Shown here piece by piece: positions 20,094 to 29,344 of a stretch of DNA of 64,000 nt. Position 1 is the first letter of the stretch; each line of letters begins with the position of its first letter. This DNA is from an uncultured archaeon (lineage in GTDB: Archaea; Thermoproteota; Nitrososphaeria; Nitrososphaerales; Gagatemarchaeaceae). The stretch spans positions 864,001 to 928,000 of the forward strand of contig CAWFOU010000007.1 in NCBI GenBank assembly GCA_963817525.1, written 5' to 3'. Below the pieces are notes generated by a model, which did not search any database, was not told where the DNA came from, and was given only the letters and a program-made list of their open reading frames with translations. Both the position numbers and the translations under genes were made by a program.

Positions 20094-20507
20094 ATAAGAA
20101 TCAACAATAAGAAGAAGGGGATATCGCCGCTCATTGCAACCCTCATTCTGATAGCAATTGCTATCGTTGGGGGCGGAGTGGTCTATACGCTGTTCACTAG
20201 CACAGCATCAGCAATATCAACTAACCTCCACGCAAGCGTCACGTCGGCAACTGCGTCACAATCCGCTGGGTTTACCCTGACGGTCAAGAATGACGGGACC
20301 ATCGCTTGGGCCGGAGCACCAACAATATCAGTGAACGGTGCAGTAGTAGCCACACCAGGCTGCGTTGGAGCAGGTGCATCTGGAGACAGCTACGCTTGTG
20401 CATGGGCTGGAACAATAGCTGCAGGAACAACCTATGGCATTACTGTGACTGTTGCTGGGACTAGCGGTGATTACGTTGCCTCCACATCTGTAGTAGGTAC
20501 ATCCTAG
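20094..20507 (+). CDS. Archaeal type IV pilin (probable major pilin)
   Basis: In-frame RINNKKKG|ISPLIATLILIAIAIVGGGVVY class III signal peptide upstream of the ORF-track start. SD GGTGGTGA 20080-20087; best start is ATA 20094 because an in-frame TGA lies at 20085. Confidence 0.88.
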   Translation: MRINNKKKGISPLIATLILIAIAIVGGGVVYTLFTSTASAISTNLHASVTSATASQSAGFTLTVKNDGTIAWAGAPTISVNGAVVATPGCVGAGASGDSYACAWAGTIAAGTTYGITVTVAGTSGDYVASTSVVGTS

Positions 20508-20509
20508 AA

Positions 20510-20564
20510 CCTCCTGATGAGCTGGTGGAATTCCAGCGAAATCCCGTTTTATTCGGGATAGAGG
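20510..20564 (+). ncRNA. Type I hammerhead ribozyme 2 (predicted cleavage after A20560)
   Basis: Stem I CCUC/GAGG; core CUGAUGA 20514-20520; stem II GCUGG/CCAGC with loop UGGAAUU; GAAA 20538-20541; stem III UCCCG/CGGGA; AUA triplet. Nearly fills the pilin1-pilin2 spacer. Confidence 0.9.
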
Positions 20565-20567
20565 AAA

Positions 20568-21017
20568 ATGAGGAAGATGAAACGGCGCGGAGTATCGGAA
20601 GTCATAGCCACGCTGATAATGGTAGCTGTGACCATTGCCGGCTTTGGCACATACTTTGCGGTAGCGGGCGCAAACCTTCGACTGGGTGCGTCAGTGCCGA
20701 TCGACGAGTTGCAAACACAAGCGATAGCTGTGAACGAGCAGGTACAACTAGCGTATTCGACCATAGGTGCTTCGTCTGTTTCACTCTATCTTTTCAGTTA
20801 CGGGACTTCCGCAGTCACTTTCAACACAATCGTATTCGTTTGGGGAACCAATAATGTCCGTTGTACGATGAGTCAGTCTTTGGCTCCAAACATCCTCACG
20901 GAGGTAACGATAGCAGGTGGAGCTGGATCTTGTTTTGCCACTTCGGGCTTGCCATCTTCGCCAATGACTATTACAGCAATAAGTTCTGACGGTACTCTTT
21001 TCACCTGGAGAGCGTAA
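20568..21017 (+). CDS. Archaeal type IV pilin (minor)
   Basis: MRKMKRRG|VSEVIATLIMVAVTIAG class III signal peptide. Confidence 0.88.
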   Translation: MRKMKRRGVSEVIATLIMVAVTIAGFGTYFAVAGANLRLGASVPIDELQTQAIAVNEQVQLAYSTIGASSVSLYLFSYGTSAVTFNTIVFVWGTNNVRCTMSQSLAPNILTEVTIAGGAGSCFATSGLPSSPMTITAISSDGTLFTWRA

Positions 21018-21020
21018 GAT

Positions 21021-24000
21021 TTGAAACTCGTCTCTAGAAATGGAAGGAATGGAAGGAAAGGTATCAGTACAGTCATAGGGACGATACTCTTTGTTGTCGT
21101 TGTTCTTTTCGTTCTTGGGCTCATCGTGTCTATCATGGCCGCGCAAGCCAACTATCAGCAAGCGGCGCTGGCGGCCTCTATCAGACAAGGACAGAGAAAC
21201 GGCGCACTTCTGCAACTAGGACCCTACAGCACAACTCCGAGTGCACAGAACGAAGGGTCGTTGAGCATAACAAACACTGGATCCACTGCGATTCAGTTTG
21301 TCCAAGTAATCTACGTCTATCACGAGACAGATAATACCGGTGTCACGGACGACGGCGTACTGAATCAGGTGGTCGCCACTTTCAACGCTGGTTCAGGAAG
21401 TTGTGTAACCGCACCCGCTTCCACGCTTGGGATTGGTGGACAGTGTGACTATACCGCGTCTGTGACTTTGCCAAATTCCGGTCCGTACGCCACTGCTGAC
21501 AACTGTGGAACTGGGACAGGATTGAACATGACCTGTCATGCTCAGAGACCCGCGATTGGGGTTGTCACCTTTCTAGGAAACGTCTACTGGTATAACTATA
21601 CAGCTTGGGCAGCCGGTCAAGCAACTGGAACTGGAACTTCCATAAGTTTCACTTCCACCACTTCGATCTCGAGTTCGAGCTCCACAACTTGCGAGGCTTA
21701 CTGCCTGTACACAGTAACGTTTACCGAGAGCGGGCTTCCGACAGGTTCACAGTGGGCGGTTACCTTTGATTCTATCACCGCCTACGCGCCGGCCCCGGAC
21801 GCAATAATATTCGTCAATGTTCCTACTGGTACCTACTTCTGGGTGGCCGGGTCTCCGGTAGCAGGACCTGCTGGTTACCAATACGTTGCATCACCAGGTT
21901 ATGGTAACATGGTGGTCTCTTCAACGGGTTCTAACAGTCAGAGCATCGTCTATTCACCACAGTATCTTTTGACGATGACTTCCAGTCCCTCAGCTGGAGG
22001 AACTGTAACGCCATCCACCGGATGGTTTAATCCGGGAACGGTCGTTGGTATATCTGAGACTCCGAACGCTGATTACATCTGGGGCGATTGGGTTGGAACC
22101 GGCAGCGGTCATTACAGTGGCACTGCAACTTCCACAACCGTACAAATGAATGCTCCTATCACAGAGACAGCCACATTCACGCCATTCACACGCTACACGA
22201 TCGCATTCTCAGAGGCAGGGCTTCCGTCCGGAACCACGTGGTCTATCACTGGTGTGAACAGCACAGTCACATCTGGACCCTCGCCTTCATCAACAACGAG
22301 TTCGATCAAGTTCATTGACATGGTGGCAGGAACGTACGTTTGGTCTGCTGCTTCTCCGATCGCTGGTGCAACCGGTGTTCAGTACGTCACGTCGGCTGGT
22401 GGGACAATAACTCTTCCAGACACTGGAACGCCAACTGGTTGCAGCAATTTCAATGCCGGAACAGAGACTTGTACAATCTCACAGATCACATACACAACCC
22501 AATACTTCTTGACGCTACAGGTTGCCTCTGGTCAATCGAGCTATGGAACAGTTCCTGCCGGCGGGTGGTATAACTCTGGGTCAACGCCCAGCGTAACTGC
22601 GACGCCATACCCTGGATACTCATTCGCCTCTTGGACTGGGTCTACGACTGCGCCCGGAGTGGCATACACAGGGACAAGTAACCCAACCCCAACTTACACA
22701 ACTCGTTCGCCCACCGGCATCCTGATGGACAACCCCGTAACAGAGACGGCGTCGTTTACAGTGAATCAGAGATACACCGTGGACTTTGTAGAGTCTGGTT
22801 TGCCATCTGGAACATGGGGTGTCTCGTATAACGGTACCCATACTTCCACGACAACCACAATCAGCCTCCTGAACAGCGTAACATGCAGCGGAGGCTGCTC
22901 GTGGTCGATTCCGACTGCCTATCTGGCTATCACTGTTGGTGGGGTAACCTATGTTGCTACTCCAAGCAGCGGAAGCATAGCTCTGCCAGCGACTGGGAAT
23001 TTGCCAGGAACAGGAACTGGTTGTTCATCAGTAAGTGGGACGACGTGCACGGTCAATATCACATACGAAAAGGCGTTCACGGTGATTTTTGCAGAGTCCG
23101 GGCTTCCGTCTAGTGCAAGTAAGGTATGCGGTGGTAATGGCAATGTGGAGTGTGAATGGAACGCTACGCTGGGTTCGATGGCGTCTTCCACGACTGCGTC
23201 TAATACAATCACTTTCTCTGATGTGGTTCCGGGTAGCTATGCTTGGGACATTGTTACACACCCCAACACTGGGACGACAGGTTGCAACTTTGATGTCTCT
23301 TGTAACATTGGAAACTTCACCGCTCAGACTTCGTCAGGAATGCAATACCAATACAACACCGAGGTTCTCAACGCTGGTGTCTACACGTATGATAACAACT
23401 CCGCTTCAAGTCCGCTCGTCATTCCCACATCTGGAACACCCGCGAACAATCCTGCACAAGGTCTTTCATGCACTGGCACAACTTGCACAATTAGTTTAGA
23501 CTTCGTTGCTCAATACGAGCTAAACGCCTGTGCCCTTCCAGCGGGTACTGGAGGTTTTGGTGGAGAGGGCGGTTCGTGTAACGATGCAGTGCCTCCTAAC
23601 AACCCCGGAGGTTATATTCAACTATCTGTCGTGAGCGGAAGCGGACCCCAGCCAACTGGGTATACTGTCACAAACAATTTGAACTCTGGTGTCTTCAATG
23701 GGGCGGTTGGTCTTTTCTTCAATGCCGGAACGGGATTGAAGCTAACAAGCATACCTCTTGCTGGCGATGTGTCCACAACTTGGACTTCCGACCCACAGGC
23801 AACGGGCGATGGCTGTTCAACACCAGACAGCGGTAGCTCGGGTTCGATAACCTTCACGATGGGAACAACCTGTATTTCTGAAGCAATGACATTCTCGGAA
23901 CCAACATTTTCGATCTCCTGTTCACCGGGGTCTGGTGGAAGTTGTTTGTCCGAGTCACATACTACAACCGTAGCAATCACACTCACCGGTTCAGGCTTCC

Positions 24001-24223
24001 CGGCTAGCACGACATACAGTTACTGTCTCAGTTCTAGCCCTACGAGTACCCTGTCGTGTGTGTTTGGCTCTGGAGACCAATTCACAACATCAAGTGGTGG
24101 TAGCATCCCAAGTGGCACGATTATGAGTGTAACTGGCGGTTCGGTTCCGAAGGGGACCTACTACCTAATCGTCTACTCGGAACGACAGTCGTTGCCGACG
24201 CACCGGTAACTTACTCAAGTTGA
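21021..24223 (+). CDS. Giant pilin-like adhesin with repeated beta-sandwich modules
   Basis: RKG|ISTVIGTILFVVV class III signal; four F(T/S/V/A)E(S/A)GLP repeats; GTVTP/GTVP...GW(F/Y) repeats; Cys pairs. Probable indel near 24180 with true stop at 24223. Confidence 0.8.
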
Positions 24224-24233
24224 GTGACTTAAG

Positions 24234-25954
24234 ATGACAACTGTAAAACCGACCGGAAACGGGAACGCAAGGACAACTCTCAAAGAGAGTAAGATACCGA
24301 AGGAAGTCTTGGAGAGATTCAGTCTTCTTTCGCTTCAAGGTGTGGTCACAGGGACCCAGAAGCTCATGAAATCCTACCCTGTCAAGGGCGCCCAAGTCTT
24401 GATCGTCGATGATAACGGACGAGGGTTGTACCTCATCAAGGAGCCAGACGTCACGGACGAAGACAAAGAACTCTACAGACAACTCATGGGCGGTCTCTAC
24501 TACTCGCTCAAACCAATCTCCGACCTGAAGAGTCCGCTGGCATACGTTGAGAGCTATCTCAACGACGCGGTCGTAGCACTCAAGCCAGACGCCACCCAGG
24601 AGACGAAGGACGCACTTCTCTACTACATCGGAAGAGACGTGGCTGGTTACGGGATCCTGGACGTTCCTATGACAGACTCAGAAGTTGAGGAAGTGGAGTG
24701 CAACGGCTACTCTACACCGCTCCACGTCGTGCATAGGGAGTTTTCGGAATACATGAGACTTGAGAGCAACATTCACTTTCAAACCGAGAAGATAGTCGCC
24801 GACATCGTGCAGAGGCTTGCGCAGAGGGCGGGTAAGTCTGTGACCATCGCGTATCCATTCACCGACTTCATTCTTCCGGAAGGCCACCGAGGGGCTGTGA
24901 CATACGGCAACGAAATCTCACTTCCGGGTTCCACTTTCGACATCAGGAAGTTCCCACTCGAACCATTGACGATCACGGCACTCCTGAAGTATGGGACGAT
25001 CTCGCCTCTGATGGCCGCCTACGAGTGGTTGATCGACGAGCACAGAGGGTTTACCCTTCTCATAGGAACGGTCGGTAGCGGAAAGACCACGATGCTCAAC
25101 GCGCTGCTGAGTACCCTTCATCCCAGTTCGAAGATCCTCACAGTGGAGGACACGCCCGAAATCAGGATCGCTCACGAGAACTGGATTCGATTCATAACCC
25201 GTTCGGCCTATACAATCGGTGCTAGAGAGGTCGGACTGTTCGACCTCGTAAAGACCTCACTGAGATACAGGCCTGACTATCTCGTCGTCGGAGAGGTCAG
25301 AGGCGAGGAGATCCAATCCCTCGTTCAAGCTGCGGCTGTCGGTCACGGTGCCAGCACCACGATACACGCAGAGAGTCCAGAAGCCGCGCTCGTCAGGATG
25401 CGCTCTCCGCCTCTCAGTGTCGGGGAGAGCTTCCTGATGCTCATCTGGAACATCCTTCAGATGGAGCGGGTGACCATGTCGAGCGACAAGCAAGTAAGGA
25501 GGGTCATGTCGATAACCGAGGTCGTTCCAAGTGGGACTTCATTCGAACTCAAGGAACTCTTCAACTGGGACGTTTCAACCGACACGTTCTATCCCGACGA
25601 CGCCAGGGAGGTCGCTTCGCGAAGTGAGAGACTCAAGATCGTTGCTTCGATGCGAGGCTGGAGCCAAGAGGAGCTTGTCGCAGAGCTGAACTCCAGGGTA
25701 AAGTTCCTACAGAGTCTTGTGGACAATAACCTGTTCACATACAAAGAAGTCACAGACGCTCTCTTCGCGTTCTGGAGCGGTCGGAGGGCAGTAGTACAGC
25801 CCGTGAAGGAAGCGGACGAGCTGGTGATAGTCGGCGAGGGCCCGGACGTCCCGGTCGGTATGGGAAGGGTCGATGAAATGGCAACTCCGAGCAGCATGAA
25901 CAGCCCGCACCAACTGCCGTGCTCCCAGAACCTACGCCGGAGGTCGCCAAGTAA
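24234..25954 (+). CDS. Type II/IV secretion (pilus assembly) ATPase
   Basis: GTVGSGKTT, VEDTPE, LRYRPDYLVVGEVRG, GH...TIHA. Probable indel near 25860-25890; the alternate frame ends TAA overlapping the next ATG (TAATG). Confidence 0.9.
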
Positions 25955-27817
25955 TGTCCAAGCGAGTGACGGAACCATTAGTGGTTCTCGCCGGAATAGC
26001 CCTCTTCGTCTTCGGTCTCGCACTGAGAAACGGGGTGTTTCCATCGCTGACGTCCGGAGTGTATGGAAATCTCTTCGGCGTCTCCGTCGTTTCGGTCGGC
26101 GTAGGCATAGTAACCGTCGGAATAGTAGACGCAGTAACTTTCCTAGCGTCTGGGAAATTTAGGCCGGAATCTCGCGGCTTCATGGAAAAGGTATCGCCAC
26201 CCAGCTCGATAGCAAGGCCTTTGCTCAATTCGATGTCCGGCGAAGTCTCCTCGAAAATGTCTGCGGCGGGGCTCGTAGTCAACCCACTCCTCTACGTCAC
26301 TCCGTACGTCACGTTCGCAATAATTTCGCTTACCATCACAATCCCGGTATCCTTGTTTCTCTTCCTGATGTTCCGGTTCCCACTTTTCCTCGTCATCAAC
26401 GTCTTGCCTGTGCTGATTCTCATCGCACCCACGGTCACGGTGAGCGATAGGCTTGGGAAGACAACCGCTGGTGTCGAGAGCGAGCTTCCGTACCTCGCTC
26501 TATTTGCGGCAGTGCTTCAATCCTCAGGAATTTCCCTCTATCATACGTTGGTGAAGATGAGAGAAACCGGTAAGTTCACCTGGATAGCTCTAGAGGCCGC
26601 ACTCATAGAAAAGGAGAACGTCTTCTTCGGCAAGACTGAGGCCCAAGCAATTCAGGAGCGAGCCAGGATTCATCCTAGTCAGAAATTCAAGCAATACCTT
26701 CAGGGCTACGCTTCGACCATAACGAGCGGTGGTGACGTGTCCAGATACCTCGAAGACAAGGTGAACCAGTTCTTGGGATGGAGCGAATTCAACTGGAAGA
26801 AGTATGCAAACGACAGCTCGGACATTGGCGAGGCCGTGATCTCGATCTTCTTCGTGCTGCCGATGATAATCCTCACAATGTCGTTCATCTATCCGAACGC
26901 TACCTTGAACATCGTTGAACTGATGGTCTTCCTCATCCTTCCGATGCTGAGCGGCGCGGCGTACTTCCTGATCGACAAGTCCCAACCTAAGAGTCACAAC
27001 ACCATCACCGTCAATCATTCGACTAGCCTTGGTGCTTTCTGTTGCGTCTGGGGTCTTTACAGCACTGCTCTTCCCAACGTTGTATTGGTTGGTCGTCGCC
27101 ACTTCCGTCGGCGTCTTCGCGTTCTTCGTCGGACGTTCTTCATTCACGCAGTTGCACGACATAAAGAAGATCGAGGAAGACTTGCCTCAGTTTCTCAGAG
27201 ACCTTACCGAGTACAAGAAGATAGGCTACGACATCACGAAGGCTATTCAGAAGCTTGCTGAAGAAGGCAACTATTCGAAGCAGTTTACTACCCTGATTCA
27301 GGACGTGAGCAAGCAGCTCAGCCTGGGACTGCGCATGAAGGAGGTCATAATCAAGACAAGGTCGTGGCTAACCGGCATGATGTTTGACCTGACCGCTGAC
27401 ATTGTCGAATCTGGAGGCGGAACACCGGAACTGCTCGAGATGGTCACAGACTTCACGCAGAGAATCGAGACGGTCAAGAAGGAGACGAAGTCGAACATGC
27501 GACTGTATGAGATTCTCTCAGTGGCAACACCCGTTGGTCTAACGGTGATGATCGTCCTGATTCAATTCATGCTCCAGCAGTTCGGCGGAATTGTCAGCTC
27601 AGGAGTTCATACGGGCTTCCTCAGCGAGTTCTCAAGTCCGTCATCTCAGTTCTTGGACTTGACAAAGCTTCTCATCATAGAGGCTTCGGTGGCGACTGCT
27701 TTCCTAGCGAGTAAGGCGATCGACTTCACCAACTACAGCACCTACCGGGTCTTCATGGTAGTCGTTCTCGTTGTGGCCGCGTTCGGTCTCGTGCAACTGG
27801 TGACACCAATATTCTAG
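25954..27817 (+). CDS. TadC/FlaJ-like pilus platform membrane protein (indel near 27030)
   Basis: Multiple TM helices with two GspF-like halves (ESELPY...SSG; EEDLPQFLRDLTE...ESGG) split over two frames. Confidence 0.85.
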
Positions 27818-27947
27818 CCCGAGCAGACGGAAGAGCATAGGTGAGAGCAGTTGAGCGACGACTCTCGTAAAGCGAGTGCACGCCAAGGGGGGAAAGGATA
27901 ACTAGTCACGCCAGGTTCATCGGCCAGGTAGAAGGTCTTAGCAGAGC

Positions 27948-29120
27948 ATGGCTTTGCAGTCTCCCGAGCAGTTCTCCCGCGAATATTTTGATTGGTCTGA
28001 GGAGGAGTTCGCGCAAAGGTTCGTAGCGAAGATCTCCGCGGGGCGGCTCAAGCAGAACGAGTCATACATCGACCTGAAGTTGGAGAAAAAGTCCTCCACG
28101 CAGAAGGTGAAGGCGGCCTACAAGGACGCGGTCAACCTCCCGAGCCTCGTGAAGCTGCTCCCCGGGCTCGCCTCCAACCCGACCCCTGCCGATTACGTCA
28201 AATCCGTCAACGGCTTCTTCAAGGACAACAAGGGCGGCGACCTTTTCCATTGGTGGAGGAAGATGAGGGCAGGGACCAAGACCCCGCTCTTCGGCTCGGC
28301 CGACATCATCAACGTCTGCAACCTAAAGTGCGTCCACTGCTACTGGTGGACCAACAGGCAGCCGACGGCAGGTGAGCTGACCCCCGAGCAGTGGAGGGTC
28401 GTCATCCGAAACTCCTTCAAGAAGATGAGGATAGCGAACGTCACGGTCGTCGGCGGCGAGCCGATGCTGAGGAAGGACGTCGTCCAGGTCTTCTCGGAGG
28501 AGATGAGGAACAGGATGAGCGTGGTCACGAACGGCACTCACCCGATGATACACATCAACGGGCTCTACTTCGTGTCCGTCGACGGGACGGAGGAGACCCA
28601 CAACCGCATCCGCGGCCCGAACACATACGCAAAGATGAAGACGAACATCAAGAACTTCGTCGAGACGGGAGGCCACGTCGACGCCAACATGACCTTGAAC
28701 ACACTGAACTACAAGACCGTGATAGACGTCCTTCGCGAGTGGGACGACATCGTGGGTAGGATAAGCATCCAGTTCCACACGCCCTTCATCGACAACGACC
28801 CGCTGTGGCTCCCCTTCGGAGAGGAGAGGGACAAGACCATCGACAGCATCATGGAGTACAGCAGCAAGGAGAACAGGCACTTCGTGGTGAACTCGAAGGA
28901 GCAGTTCGACCTCATGCGCGGCAACTGGGGGTCCATGTGCCCCAACTGGATGATTCTGCCACTGGACTATCGGGGCAACATCAAGACGCCGTGTTGCATG
29001 GGGAGCGCAAACGAAGCCGCGCTGCAGCCGCACTGCGACCAGTGCGGGCTCGCGCCCTACTCGGGCATCCTCGCAGGGCTCTTCCCGACAGAGCAAGCGC
29101 AAGTCCTGCGGAATAGTTGA
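27948..29120 (+). CDS. Radical SAM protein with Cys-rich (SPASM/twitch-like) C-terminus
   Basis: CNLKCVHC, GGEP, TNGT, SVDG; C-terminal CPNW...PCC...CDQC. Confidence 0.88.
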   Translation: MALQSPEQFSREYFDWSEEEFAQRFVAKISAGRLKQNESYIDLKLEKKSSTQKVKAAYKDAVNLPSLVKLLPGLASNPTPADYVKSVNGFFKDNKGGDLFHWWRKMRAGTKTPLFGSADIINVCNLKCVHCYWWTNRQPTAGELTPEQWRVVIRNSFKKMRIANVTVVGGEPMLRKDVVQVFSEEMRNRMSVVTNGTHPMIHINGLYFVSVDGTEETHNRIRGPNTYAKMKTNIKNFVETGGHVDANMTLNTLNYKTVIDVLREWDDIVGRISIQFHTPFIDNDPLWLPFGEERDKTIDSIMEYSSKENRHFVVNSKEQFDLMRGNWGSMCPNWMILPLDYRGNIKTPCCMGSANEAALQPHCDQCGLAPYSGILAGLFPTEQAQVLRNS

Positions 29121-29162
29121 GCGGCTGCAATCGCCGTAATTCCCAATGCCAAACAACCACCC

Positions 29163-29172
29163 TTAAATATAA
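29163..29172 (+). promoter_or_regulatory. TATA box of the ilvB-leu operon
   Basis: TTAAATATAA; the expected TSS at about 29193 coincides with the leader-peptide ATG. Confidence 0.7.
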
Positions 29173-29193
29173 GTGAGGGTCAGAAGGGGTTTA

Positions 29194-29277
29194 ATGCAAC
29201 GCATCAGCACGGTCGGTTCGAGTCCAGCATGCTTTTCGCTCGACAATATCACGGTTGCGTTGTTAGTTTTAGTCTAG
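29194..29277 (+). CDS. Putative ilv/leu leader peptide (27 aa)
   Basis: MQRISTVGSSPACFSLDNITVALLVLV*; ends ATC ACG GTT GCG TTG TTA GTT TTA GTC TAG; followed by a GCCTCGC/GCGAGGC hairpin (29279-29309). Confidence 0.7.
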   Translation: MQRISTVGSSPACFSLDNITVALLVLV

Positions 29278-29344
29278 AGCCTCGCTCCGGGGTTTCGCGC
29301 ATGCGAGGCATTGGTTACGGTTTCAATATTGGTGAATCCATAGA

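Noticed and set aside
19748-20146. ORF-track calls 19748-19945 (+) and 19874-20146 (-)
   Set aside because: No motifs; they overlap the promoter repeats, ribozyme 1 and the pilin signal-peptide region.
20006-20560. Rolling-circle (endless ORF) translation, because 555 nt is a multiple of 3
   Set aside because: The pilin frame ends at TAG 20505 and the uORF at TAA 20095, so there is no stop-free pilin circle.
20094-27817. Archaellum (motility) operon
   Set aside because: No ArlF/G/H genes or archaellin-type N-terminus; the layout fits an adhesion-type pilus.
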